From an uncultured Candidatus Poseidoniales archaeon (GTDB taxonomy: Archaea; Thermoplasmatota; Poseidoniia; Poseidoniales; Thalassarchaeaceae), in the NCBI GenBank assembly GCA_964608795.1, contig CAZSPJ010000001.1, positions 1 to 41,800 of the forward strand: a stretch of 41,800 nt of DNA, read 5' to 3'. Under the pieces are notes generated by a model that saw only the letters and a list, made by a program, of their open reading frames with translations, searched no databases and was not told the origin of the DNA. The first letter of the stretch is position 1. Every line of letters begins with the position of its first letter. Positions 30,019 to 39,142 of this stretch are shown in pieces. The position numbers and the translations under genes were made by a program.

Positions 30019-31731
30019 CTATCCGTGCAACCAGACCAGTTTCGCAGGACCTGATTCAGGCAACTCCTCCAGTCTTGCGAAACCCACTCTCTCGAGCTGG
30101 TATGTATCGCCTACTTTCAACTCGAAGTCCTCCAGTACCCCTATCTGCTTGTGCAATTCATCGCCTGCAGGAATCGCCAGCTCTGCTTCCCGTGTCATCG
30201 AGGTGGGAATCCAGTGGATGATTGGGCGCCCATCGGACCTGTCGAAGGACTCCACGGTGGCTGTGTCCCTTGAGATCTCGATGTCCGCGAACTCCTTCAG
30301 CCGGACCCTGCCGGAGCGCAGATCGGAGGTCTGGATTGCTATCGAGCCGGTGAATCGCCACTCCCGCGAACCTGGAACAGCCCCATCGGGGTGCCTCGGC
30401 ACGAGCACCCCCCTCTCCTCCCCCGCTCCCTGCAGTTCGAGAGTGACTGGGGAGGCCACGAAGCTGCGGCGCTCTATGGCCGAGTCGATTAGACTGGAGT
30501 TGAACGCCTCAATGGTCTGCATCGAGATAGAGATGTCCTTCTGCGTCAGCCCGAGGTCGATCCAGAAGTCCCGCAGAGCCTGCGCACTGAAGCCTCGACG
30601 CCGAAGCGTCTTGAGAGTGGGAAGACGGAGATCGTCCCACCCCCTGTGGCTGCCGGATTCTATCGACGCGCGCATCTCCGAGGTTGAGAAGCCGCCGAAC
30701 TCGTGAACCTTGACCCTGCCCCAGTAGAGGGGTTCTGGGTACTCCCATCCGAAGTGCTCGTACAACAGCGTCTGCTTGCGGGTGCTGTCCATCAGGTCCT
30801 TGCCGCGGACGATGTGGGTGACGCCCTGCTCATGATCCTCTATGGCACTCTGGAAGTCGAGCAGCGGCCATACCTTGTACCGATCCCCTGCTAGGGGGTG
30901 CGGCGTGTGCTGGATTCTCAGTGCGGGCCAGTCTCTGAGGGCCGGATTGGGCAGTGTCATGTCAGTCTTGACCCTGACCACCGCCTCACCATCCTGCATC
31001 TGGCCGTCGTTCATGGATTTCCAGTCGGACAGGCTCTCAGCAGCGCTTCTTCCTCTGCACGGACAATCCTGTTTCTCCTCTCTGAAGCCCCGAAACTTGT
31101 CAGCGCTGCATCGGCAGACGTAGCCGAATCTCTCAGCGACCATCCGCTCTGCGTGCTCTAGGTAGAGGGGCATCCTCTCGCTGGCCCTGATGATTACGTC
31201 TGCGGACCTTCCGGCCAGCCACTCGTACTCGTCCTCTATCCACCCATAGGCTTCGGGCAGAGGGGGCTTCACTTTGGTATCGGTGTCATCGAAGCGCAGG
31301 ACTACCTTTCCGTCGTACATCCTCGCGTACTCCGAGTTGATTACAACTCCCCTCGAATGCCCCAGCGTCAGGGGGCCGTTCGGGTTCGGGGCGAATCTCA
31401 GGACCACTCTGGAGGTGTCACCCGGCAGTTCCTTCAGACCCTCCGCCTTGCGATGCTTCTCGCGTTCTAGGGCCTCTGGTGCCGTCCTCTCCAGCTCTTT
31501 CCTGACGTGTTCGATGCCGTGGCTTTCTGCTAGGGAGTTGGCAGCGGCCACCTCAGTCTCAATCAGATCCCGGAGTTGCTTCGCCTTGCGGCGAAGGTCC
31601 TCACGCTCGGAGAGCAGCCGGCCGAGCACGCTTCCGGCTTGCCCCTGTCCGGCGTACTCGACGGCGTTCTGCAGCGCGTACTTGCGGACCGCAGCGACGA
31701 TATCGGGGTCCCAACCGCCTGAATCAGCCAT
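30019..31731 (-). CDS. gltX: Glutamyl-tRNA synthetase, archaeal/eukaryotic GlxRS type
   Basis: The HIGH region reads VVLRFAPNPNGPLTLGHSRG and is followed by VLRFDDTD. The N-terminus from ATG 31731, MADSGGWDPDIVAAVRKYALQNAVEYAG, fits the family. The track's start at 31899 would overlap rnhB by about 120 nt. Confidence 0.92.
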   Translation of the reverse strand: MADSGGWDPDIVAAVRKYALQNAVEYAGQGQAGSVLGRLLSEREDLRRKAKQLRDLIETEVAAANSLAESHGIEHVRKELERTAPEALEREKHRKAEGLKELPGDTSRVVLRFAPNPNGPLTLGHSRGVVINSEYARMYDGKVVLRFDDTDTKVKPPLPEAYGWIEDEYEWLAGRSADVIIRASERMPLYLEHAERMVAERFGYVCRCSADKFRGFREEKQDCPCRGRSAAESLSDWKSMNDGQMQDGEAVVRVKTDMTLPNPALRDWPALRIQHTPHPLAGDRYKVWPLLDFQSAIEDHEQGVTHIVRGKDLMDSTRKQTLLYEHFGWEYPEPLYWGRVKVHEFGGFSTSEMRASIESGSHRGWDDLRLPTLKTLRRRGFSAQALRDFWIDLGLTQKDISISMQTIEAFNSSLIDSAIERRSFVASPVTLELQGAGEERGVLVPRHPDGAVPGSREWRFTGSIAIQTSDLRSGRVRLKEFADIEISRDTATVESFDRSDGRPIIHWIPTSMTREAELAIPAGDELHKQIGVLEDFELKVGDTYQLERVGFARLEELPESGPAKLVWLHG

Positions 31732-31778
31732 GATACCGGGCGATACCGCCGAAAAGCAGCATTTCACGCTTCGCGTGC

Positions 31779-32513
31779 TCACCACTCGTCGAGCGATGAT
31801 TGGAGGACCGAAGAACCGTCCGCGGCCCTCATCGGAACAGGCCCGCTGTGAATCTCTCTCCAGGCATCTGATACCGTCGACCAGCTCCATCTGAGGCATC
31901 CGTGTGGCAGTTCCCCCGAGACCAGTTCTCTCACCGCTTCTCTGGTTAGGGGGTCGGAGGGGTAACCCGAGCCAATTCTGATTTCAAGCCCAGCTTCGAT
32001 AGCCGATATGGCATCGTCCCGCTTCACCTTTGCTAGGATGCTAGCCGCCCCAGCCACTACGCTCTGCGAGTCCATGCCGTGTCGCGACACCACCGTCCAC
32101 TCGGACCAATCGCTGCCCAAACGGGAAACCAGCCTGTTCGTGAAACGCTCCTCGTTCACATCGCAGGCATCGGCCATTACCGTACCGCGAGAGTCGCTGT
32201 CGGCGGCAACCTCGATGGCTTCTGCGAACAACTCAATCTCGAGTCGGTTGAGGTCAGAGGACTGGCTGTTCAAGTCTATCCTCTCGGCTTCGCAGAGCAC
32301 GATTCCGACCCCCCATCCGCTGCTCTCGGCCTCTGATAGGATCTTCTCGGAGATACTGCGACGCTCTGCCGGCGACAGCTCCTTGGAGTCTCTCGCGCCG
32401 ATTTCGTGCAGCGCCCCCTCGTCGTTCTCAGGGATGCAAATAGCGCAAACCACGAGAGGCCCTATCACCGGCCCCCTGCCGGCTTCGTCGACGCCTATCT
32501 TCAGTCCACTCAC
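31779..32513 (-). CDS. rnhB: Ribonuclease HII
   Basis: The N-terminus is (M)SGLKIGVDEAGRGPVIGPLVV, with DSKELS and the expected length. The GTG start (32513-32511) overlaps the TGA stop of the upstream gene as GTGA. Confidence 0.92.
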   Translation of the reverse strand: MSGLKIGVDEAGRGPVIGPLVVCAICIPENDEGALHEIGARDSKELSPAERRSISEKILSEAESSGWGVGIVLCEAERIDLNSQSSDLNRLEIELFAEAIEVAADSDSRGTVMADACDVNEERFTNRLVSRLGSDWSEWTVVSRHGMDSQSVVAGAASILAKVKRDDAISAIEAGLEIRIGSGYPSDPLTREAVRELVSGELPHGCLRWSWSTVSDAWREIHSGPVPMRAADGSSVLQSSLDEW

Positions 32514-35377
32514 AACTCCAAGTCGTAGTCGGTCGGGCTATCATCATCACTACGCTTCTTGGGGGCGACCTTGCGAGTCTTCTGTTCGGCTGGGTCGAGC
32601 ATAACGTTGCTAGGGTGCGGCATCTCGCCCTGTGACATCCTGTCGGCCATCTCAGTGGCCGACTCTAGGTCATGCGCGGTCTGGTGCTTGTCCAGCACTT
32701 CGCTGGCAGTCTCCACCGCTTCCTTGCTGGGTCCTGCTTGCGGTTTCTCCGACAACCCGCCGGACTTCTCGATGAACTCTGCGGCGAAATCGCGCACCCC
32801 TATCTGCGGACTCTCCACGAGTTCGGGTGCCTGTTCACCCCCCTCTTCGAATCTGGCCATCCACTCCTCTGCCTTCTCCTCAGCAGGAGGGGCCGGCCCT
32901 CTGAGTGCCAGTTCGCGCTGTTTCCTGATACTGACAGCCACAGCTACCCCCATGCTCCCCGCGATAACCACGATGGCAATCAGGATGAACTCGTGCCAGA
33001 TCTCCAACCAGTCGATTGCACTCTGCAGGAAAGCCCCCCCTCCTTCGTTCGGACTGGGCACGAACGCGGCTGGCACCAGGGCGGAGTCCTCTGCGGTGAA
33101 TATGATAGCCGGATCCCGAATCGATCGGACCTCGACGGTCAGAATCGCAGTGGTCTCGATCGGCGCCTCTGTTGGTACTGCCATCCATGCGCTGAATTCC
33201 ACCGAATCGCCCGGTTTGACATTCATGATCTCGAAAGAACGGGGACTGCTGCTCTCGGTACCGGTCGAAGCCCCTAGAGGAGGCACCAGACCGAATTCGG
33301 TGACCATGTTGACATCGAGATTGACCACTAGGCCGTCCGGCTCGTTGCCGGCGTTGGTAAGAGTCCACTGCGAAGTCAGGTTATTGTCCTCTGACAGGTC
33401 TGACGAGAGCCTCTCAAGCAGCCACTCGTATTGCTCGCCCACCGTGACCTCGAATTGCAACTCATCGGGCGACCAATCTCCCAGCCAGATCTGGACATTG
33501 ACTAGGGCAGTCAGGTCTGCAGGCGTATCCTCAGACACCGTGCATGAGACCTCGATACCGCTCATCGACTGACCGGGTCCGAGGGTGACCTCGTCCTGCC
33601 CGAGCTCCACGGTTAGCCATTCCGGCCCCCCCTCCACTGTGGTCGTCAGTAGGAAGGAGGAGGTTACGTCACCCGTGTTCTCCACTCTCAGCGAGCCGTG
33701 GCAGGTATCGCCCGGGACAGTGTCGCCTTCGCACCCGCTTGCCCCCAGAGTCAACAGCCCACCGGTCCGCGGGATGATGCTGACCCTCTGCGAAACCGCG
33801 GACACGTCCTCGGGGGCCGCGCTGCTCCAGACCATGACATCGAAGAACAGCACTCCCGGGTATCTATCAGGGGCTTGGACCTGAAGATGCACCTCGCCGG
33901 ATTCGTTAGGAGTCATGGAGTCCAGTTGGGTTCTGCTGAGCACGATTGCAGCCCAGCCGTCGCTGGAGAGCGACATTCCCGGCTCCCCGATCAACGAGCC
34001 ATTCGCATCCACTTCAGCTATTCCCACTACGAGGTCGCGCACCGAGTTGCCCAGATTCCTCGCCGTGACGAATAGATCGATGACATCACCGGGAGATAGG
34101 GAGGCATTGCCTCCTCCCTCGTCAATCGTTGCTCCGTGGTAGAAGCCGTACTCTAGTGAGAAGTTGTACCAATCTCTGGATTCATCCAACCCACTAGTAA
34201 GCTGCATGCTGAACTGGTGCAGCGATCCGGCCAGCGGATAGCCGTCAGAAATCTGCGGGGCAGTGATTGAGAACTGCACCCACTGGGTGATGTTTGAGGG
34301 GGCGTCGTAGGTGTGTCCCGCCTCGGGAGGCTCTGCGTTCGACCACTCGATCGACCACCCCTCAGAGCCGCTGATATCGACAACCGCTTCATCGTCGACC
34401 CCGGCGTGGTTGGTGAAGTTGAAGTTGAGCCCAATTGTAGCCCCGGGGTCGATGTCGAAGATTGAGCCCGAGTCCGGGCCGAATTCGATGCCCGGCGGTT
34501 CGACTTCGAACGGGTAGAGGTAGTCTGAGCCATTGAACACAGTCGCAGCAGCGGCCTCTTGCAACTCCAGCGCCCTCGCAGGGGAGATTTGTCCCGGATA
34601 GGAGCGCCCCACCGGCGATTCACCGGTAATCACAGCGTGGAAGACGCATGCGGAGAGGTATGTCCCGTCTATTGAGGGATGCGAACCGTCGCTGGAGTAT
34701 AGGGTCGAGAACGCCGTCGAACCAGCGCTCGGATCAACTCCCGTGTCTGCAACTGCGTCGTACAGATGCTTGTAGGCCAAGCCCACCGGTGCGATGAAGG
34801 CCGGTTCCGAGTGTGTAGTGATATTCTCGAGATACATCTCGTACCCCTGCTGCAAATGCAGTTGCATCGATGGGTAATCCGGATTCCGCCACTGATTGTT
34901 CGAATCTCCATCCTTGTACCCCCATGTCATGAAGAGTATCGTACTGCCTCCTGAGTCCAAGGCACGCTGATTGAGGTAAATCGCAGCGTCCTTGCTGTCC
35001 TGCCAGTATTGAGAGTCGGTTGGGAACGAAGGGACTTGACTCTGGTCTTGGAGAATCACGAAATCGTTCGGCTCATTGAGTGCGATGTTCCACTGATTGC
35101 CACTTTCCCTAGCCCGGTCTTCGTGTTCGAAGAGTTTCAACCCACCACTGGTCAGTGCTGAGACTTCGGCATCCCCGCCGCCATCAGACAGGATGCTATC
35201 GAGTTTCGAAGCGAGATTGTTCTGACTGGTATACGAATTGCCGAGCATCAGCACCTCAAGAGCATTCGTTTTGAGGGAGGAATCCGCATCTCTAATCGAT
35301 GAATCCAAGGTGTTCGGCGCAGGGTTGGATGCAATCAGTAAGAAAACGAGAACCAAGACAATCTGACGCTCGTTCAT
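32510..35377 (-). CDS. Surface-anchored protein: signal peptide, SGNH/DUF4886-like esterase domain, CARDB-like beta-sandwich domains, TM helix and a cytoplasmic tail of about 135 aa
   Basis: The signal peptide is MNERQIVLVLVFLLIASN. LMLGNSYTSQNN (block I-like), FVILQDQSQ, ILFMTWGY and YSSDGSHPS (DxxH block V-like) indicate an SGNH-type fold. Later segments (DVIDLFVTARNLGNSVRD, GSLRVENTGDVTSSF, WTLTNAGNEPDGLVVNL) are CARDB-like. The TM helix is FILIAIVVIAGSMGVAVAV. Confidence 0.85.
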   Translation of the reverse strand: MNERQIVLVLVFLLIASNPAPNTLDSSIRDADSSLKTNALEVLMLGNSYTSQNNLASKLDSILSDGGGDAEVSALTSGGLKLFEHEDRARESGNQWNIALNEPNDFVILQDQSQVPSFPTDSQYWQDSKDAAIYLNQRALDSGGSTILFMTWGYKDGDSNNQWRNPDYPSMQLHLQQGYEMYLENITTHSEPAFIAPVGLAYKHLYDAVADTGVDPSAGSTAFSTLYSSDGSHPSIDGTYLSACVFHAVITGESPVGRSYPGQISPARALELQEAAAATVFNGSDYLYPFEVEPPGIEFGPDSGSIFDIDPGATIGLNFNFTNHAGVDDEAVVDISGSEGWSIEWSNAEPPEAGHTYDAPSNITQWVQFSITAPQISDGYPLAGSLHQFSMQLTSGLDESRDWYNFSLEYGFYHGATIDEGGGNASLSPGDVIDLFVTARNLGNSVRDLVVGIAEVDANGSLIGEPGMSLSSDGWAAIVLSRTQLDSMTPNESGEVHLQVQAPDRYPGVLFFDVMVWSSAAPEDVSAVSQRVSIIPRTGGLLTLGASGCEGDTVPGDTCHGSLRVENTGDVTSSFLLTTTVEGGPEWLTVELGQDEVTLGPGQSMSGIEVSCTVSEDTPADLTALVNVQIWLGDWSPDELQFEVTVGEQYEWLLERLSSDLSEDNNLTSQWTLTNAGNEPDGLVVNLDVNMVTEFGLVPPLGASTGTESSSPRSFEIMNVKPGDSVEFSAWMAVPTEAPIETTAILTVEVRSIRDPAIIFTAEDSALVPAAFVPSPNEGGGAFLQSAIDWLEIWHEFILIAIVVIAGSMGVAVAVSIRKQRELALRGPAPPAEEKAEEWMARFEEGGEQAPELVESPQIGVRDFAAEFIEKSGGLSEKPQAGPSKEAVETASEVLDKHQTAHDLESATEMADRMSQGEMPHPSNVMLDPAEQKTRKVAPKKRSDDDSPTDYDLEL

Positions 35378-35400
35378 GACCGACTGTCATCGTTCTCACT

Positions 35401-35407
35401 CTTTTAT
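35401..35407 (-). promoter_or_regulatory. Candidate archaeal TATA-like box (ATAAAAG on the minus strand) for the 955-aa surface-protein gene
   Basis: This is the only A/T-rich heptamer in the spacer. It sits 24-30 nt upstream of ATG 35377, a spacing consistent with a leaderless or near-leaderless transcript. Confidence 0.35.
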
Positions 35408-35465
35408 CCCTGCTCCCTTCCGATAGTGAGCCCTACGAAGTATTGATGGTCTGGGGCGTTGTTGC

Positions 35466-35669
35466 ATGAGCGTGGCAGTGAAATGGCCGTTCGGTAAGAA
35501 ACCCACCGAGCCGCGCCAGGTTAAGCAGCCTGACAAGCGTAAGATCATCGAGTACGAGAGGAAGCCAGACGACTCCCCTGAGGAGAAGACGGCCGACCGA
35601 AGCCACCTCGAAGACGCAGCTTTCAAGGACGCCATGGCGCTTCTTGGAGACGATTCCAAAGAGAAATGA
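35466..35669 (+). CDS. Small (67 aa) Lys/Glu/Asp-rich hypothetical protein
   Basis: The ATG ORF has mostly G/C third positions, consistent with coding in this genome. No motif is recognised. It is convergent with pheT, with 5 nt between stops. It overlaps an alternative minus-strand ORF (35396..35659) that looks less protein-like. Confidence 0.4.
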   Translation: MSVAVKWPFGKKPTEPRQVKQPDKRKIIEYERKPDDSPEEKTADRSHLEDAAFKDAMALLGDDSKEK

Positions 35670-35674
35670 GGCCT

Positions 35675-37429
35675 CTAATGCACAGGCTTCGGAATCAACC
35701 GGCCTGCGGCTTCGATGTCGAACTCACCTGCATGGATAGGCGACCTCAGCCCGAACTCATGGCCGACTGCAGGATCGATTTCTCCGAATTGCCCGAGCTC
35801 CTCGCCTGAGACGAGTACCCTCGCCCCCCGGCCCGCTATCCAAGGTCCCTGTGCAGCCTCGGTCGCTTCGAACACGACCTCACCCATATCAGCACCGAGG
35901 TCCCTCAGCATGGCCTGTGCGACGCCTTTCGCCGCAGTGAAGCCGCCTCCTATCTCAGCACACGCCCAAGCCACCCTCGTCGAGTTGGCCGAGTCCCTCA
36001 CGACCTCTCCCAGTTCGTACACCTTCTGCGGCAGTTCGTGATGCCGATTGGCCGCAAGCAGCCTCAGCAGCGAGGGCAGGATGTACTGGCGCAGCAGGGT
36101 GTGGTCGATGGTGATGGGGTTGGAGATTACTGACAGACCCCCTCTGGCAGGCCATCTGACCCGCTCGAACTGGTCTGTCTCATTCGACAGGGTCAGCCCC
36201 TGAGTCTCTTGTATCCCCAGTGACCTCAGACTCGCCCTGATTCTGCGATTGAGGTGCGACGAACTCAGTGGAACCGCGTCGAGGTGAACTTCGGAGAGCT
36301 TCTCAGGCATGTTGTCGTAGCCGTATCCGATGGCTATGTCCTCGACGATGTCTATCGGGTGCATGATGTCGCTGCGCCAACGCGGCATCTCCACAACGTG
36401 CTCACGTTCGCCCACCGCGCAGTCCGCCCACCTCTCCGCCTTGTTCACTCCGTCGGTTACCGTTCTCGACTCTATCAGCCGCCCACCCATCTTGATTAGG
36501 GCGGCTGCAATCTCGTCCGAACCCAAGTCCAGACCCAGTATTTTCTCGATAAGCCGGTCCGGAACTCGGTGCCTTACGGCGTCCCCGCGGGGAGTGTCGG
36601 TTGACTCGCCATCGAATCCGGTGACTCTGACGCTCTCGACCGTCCCGCCTCTCTCGTGCAGTGACAGGCATACCAGCATCAGGCATGCTTCGCAAGCACG
36701 CTCGTCCCATCCGGTCACGTCGATGAAGAAGTCGGTCGTGGATTCTGTGACTGTGGTGTGGTCGCCGTTGATGATGGGTGGGAACGACAGGATGTCGTCG
36801 TTCGAATCAAGGATGACCGGGAATGTCTCCAATCCATCCATCAGGTGCGCGTACTCTACGCCCTTGGGATGCTCTTCAAGAATCTGCTTTATCGTCATCT
36901 CCTCACTCATCATCAGGGGGACGAAAGAATGCGTTCCGGGGACAGTGACGACCTTGAACGGCTCAGATAGCGTGGACAGGTCGTGCACGCCTATCGAGGC
37001 GAATCTGCGCTTGCGCCCCAGTGTGAGATGGAGCTTCTCCTGATGGTCCATCAGGGACTGGATGAACTCACCCCTCTCAGAATCGCTGCTACCGGTGTCG
37101 ACGCCTCTGACTATCGCTGCTAGGATGACCGGCCTGACCAGTTCTAGGGATGGGTCGACCACCATCTCGACCCCACTCTCAGATACCTCGACAGAAGGAT
37201 CCTCGAAAGCACCCCCGACAAAGCTCCTAGCAGCACGAGCCAGCGATTCGTGACTGAGTAGATCAGGACGGTCTGGGAAGACTTCGACTTCGATAATCTC
37301 GTCGTCATTGCCCTCGACGGGGCACCCCATGGCCGGCAGCCAATCAGTCCAGCCTCCACCAGAGTGCTCGACGCCGTTGATGCCCTGGATGTACTGCAGG
37401 ATAGAGTGTTGAAGGTTGAGAGTCGGCAT
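35675..37429 (-). CDS. pheT: Phenylalanyl-tRNA synthetase beta subunit, archaeal type
   Basis: The N-terminus MPTLNL...EVEVFPDRPDLLSHESLARAARSFVG is typical of archaeal PheT. The B3/4 and B5 regions and the length (584 aa) fit. Confidence 0.92.
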   Translation of the reverse strand: MPTLNLQHSILQYIQGINGVEHSGGGWTDWLPAMGCPVEGNDDEIIEVEVFPDRPDLLSHESLARAARSFVGGAFEDPSVEVSESGVEMVVDPSLELVRPVILAAIVRGVDTGSSDSERGEFIQSLMDHQEKLHLTLGRKRRFASIGVHDLSTLSEPFKVVTVPGTHSFVPLMMSEEMTIKQILEEHPKGVEYAHLMDGLETFPVILDSNDDILSFPPIINGDHTTVTESTTDFFIDVTGWDERACEACLMLVCLSLHERGGTVESVRVTGFDGESTDTPRGDAVRHRVPDRLIEKILGLDLGSDEIAAALIKMGGRLIESRTVTDGVNKAERWADCAVGEREHVVEMPRWRSDIMHPIDIVEDIAIGYGYDNMPEKLSEVHLDAVPLSSSHLNRRIRASLRSLGIQETQGLTLSNETDQFERVRWPARGGLSVISNPITIDHTLLRQYILPSLLRLLAANRHHELPQKVYELGEVVRDSANSTRVAWACAEIGGGFTAAKGVAQAMLRDLGADMGEVVFEATEAAQGPWIAGRGARVLVSGEELGQFGEIDPAVGHEFGLRSPIHAGEFDIEAAGRLIPKPVH

Positions 37430-37432
37430 TTC

Positions 37433-37439
37433 TCACCTC
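37433..37439 (-). promoter_or_regulatory. Shine-Dalgarno-like GAGGTGA for pheT, overlapping the TGA stop of the upstream gene
   Basis: The minus strand reads TGAGGTGAGAA-ATG. The stop codon of 37438..38976 is embedded in the SD, which suggests translational coupling. Confidence 0.4.
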
Positions 37440-38976
37440 AGTTGCCAAGCCACATGGGTAGCGGACGGTCGTAGCCGATTAGCCTCAGCCCGCTGATGGA
37501 GGCCGTGTCGTAATCCAGGGCCCTGAGGTTCCTTCTGCTGAGTTTCTCCAGCCCGTCAAGGCCCAACTCGCGCATCCAGCCTCGAACGGTCGAGTCGAGC
37601 CAGACCAAGGTATCCTCAAGGCCATCTTCAGGAGGTGGTGCCACAACGATGGGGCATCCTGCCGCGATAGCAATCAACATGTCCTCGGCGCTCGGCGCCT
37701 CATCCATCTCGATGAGCAGATGGCGCCCCTGCTCGGTCAGGTTCATCGCCCGGGCGGCGAGACCTATTCGCGGGAGCGCGGATGCAGCCCGGCTGCCGCC
37801 AGGGGAAGCCGCGTCGATGACAGCGCCATCCAGATCGAGGTCCACCACCAGCCTGAACAGGTGGTCGGCTCGATCCACGCAGTCGCGCAGTAGGATAAGT
37901 GCATCATCACTCATCTTGCAGGTGATGGATACCAGAATGGCTTCTATCTCGGCGTCGTTGAGCGGTGGCATATCCGCCAAATCGAGAACCACCCCGGCGC
38001 AACCCCCTAGCGAGCCGGCGCAATCGACGAGATTATCCTCGCCTACGAGAATCAGGTCGCACTCTCGGGGGGAGGTCCTGACTAGGGCCGGTTGAGACGA
38101 AGCCGCTCCCTGCCAAGTGCTGGCAGAGTCAGATTCCACCAGCCATGGAATTGGGAACAGAAGGCCGCCCTCTTCTGAGCCTAGGGGCATCAGGAGGGTG
38201 TACGGGTCGAGAGGGGAGTGCTCAGGAAGCCTGTCCGAGGTCGAGGGCACAAGTGCGATGCTCTCGAAACCCTCTGCGATTGACGACTCCGGCATCTCGG
38301 CTGCTCCCGCCGAAATGTCAGATGGAACCAGAACCAGCGCATCCTCCTCCAGAGTCAGGCCGAGCGGTTCCAGATGCTCAGCCAGTTGGATCATCTCAGC
38401 CGCTTCGATGCCACGCATGGAGGCGCCTTCCCCTGGAGGGGGGCAACTGCCGGCGATGACCACGCGCCCGCCCGTCATGCCGACTCCGGGCTCTGAGCCG
38501 ACTGAACCGAGCACAACGACGGTCCCCTCACTCATGCCTGCCCCAGCCCTCTTCCCCGCATGACCCCGGACGATTACCGTACCGCCACAGATGCAGGCCC
38601 CAGCCTCATCTCCGGCCGAGCCCTGGACCGTGATGGTGCCTCCAGTCATCCTGTGACCGAGACGGTCGCCGACGTCCTTCTCCACAACTATCCGGCCGTT
38701 TCGCTGGAAAGCCCCGAGCATCGAGGTGCTGGACCCCTGCAGTGTAAAGGTCCCTCCGTTGTTCATGGCGCCCGCGCACTCGCCGAGGTCGCCGAGCAGC
38801 AGCACCCTCGATTTAGGAGGCAGATGTGAAATGGCCCCGATCTCGCCGCTCTTGGGCTTCTCATCGCCACCGCGGCCCCATCCGATCCTGACCAGCAGGT
38901 CTCTCTCTAGGGCCTCGGAGAGCATTCCATCCAGATCGCGACCAAGTTTCATGCTCTTCGCAGTGACCTCGCGCAT
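37438..38976 (-). CDS. GXGXG-motif protein (glutamate synthase alpha-subunit domain 3 / FwdC-like beta-helix) with an extra C-terminal domain of about 240 aa
   Basis: Repeated GXGXG turns are present: GDLGECAGAMNNGGTFTLQGS, GHRMTGGTITVQGSAGDEAG and GGTVIVRGHAGKRAGAGMSEGTVVVLGSVGSEPGVGMTGGRVVIAGS. The C-terminal part loosely resembles the end of the GltB FMN barrel (see findings). Confidence 0.8.
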   Translation of the reverse strand: MREVTAKSMKLGRDLDGMLSEALERDLLVRIGWGRGGDEKPKSGEIGAISHLPPKSRVLLLGDLGECAGAMNNGGTFTLQGSSTSMLGAFQRNGRIVVEKDVGDRLGHRMTGGTITVQGSAGDEAGACICGGTVIVRGHAGKRAGAGMSEGTVVVLGSVGSEPGVGMTGGRVVIAGSCPPPGEGASMRGIEAAEMIQLAEHLEPLGLTLEEDALVLVPSDISAGAAEMPESSIAEGFESIALVPSTSDRLPEHSPLDPYTLLMPLGSEEGGLLFPIPWLVESDSASTWQGAASSQPALVRTSPRECDLILVGEDNLVDCAGSLGGCAGVVLDLADMPPLNDAEIEAILVSITCKMSDDALILLRDCVDRADHLFRLVVDLDLDGAVIDAASPGGSRAASALPRIGLAARAMNLTEQGRHLLIEMDEAPSAEDMLIAIAAGCPIVVAPPPEDGLEDTLVWLDSTVRGWMRELGLDGLEKLSRRNLRALDYDTASISGLRLIGYDRPLPMWLGN

Positions 38977-39142
38977 GGCTCTCCCTGTGCGGACATGACG
39001 CTAGTGGTCTTCATTCTGACGGGCAGCACGGGCTCAAGCCGCTGCTAATGGAGGAAAACCCGAGGTGCGAGGCGAAGGGTATGTTGATAGAGGGCTGGCA
39101 AGGGCGTCGGAACACCCTCAGGGGTACATACGGGGTCGAGGC

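Noticed and set aside
29954-31894. Plus-strand ORFs 29954..30706 (250 aa), 30842..31161 and 31274..31894 (206 aa)
   Set aside because: All lie antisense to gltX, whose HIGH region and family N-terminus are unambiguous. Their composition (S/R/P/A) is non-protein-like.
32559-33572. 337-aa plus-strand ORF, together with 32008..32604 and 32672..33277
   Set aside because: These are antisense or out of frame to the well-supported 955-aa surface protein and rnhB. Their translations are Ser/Arg/Pro/Ala-rich low complexity, typical of off-frame reading in GC-rich DNA, with no motifs.
36330-37043. 237-aa plus-strand ORF
   Set aside because: It is antisense to archaeal pheT. It is Ser/Arg/Thr-rich with no motif.
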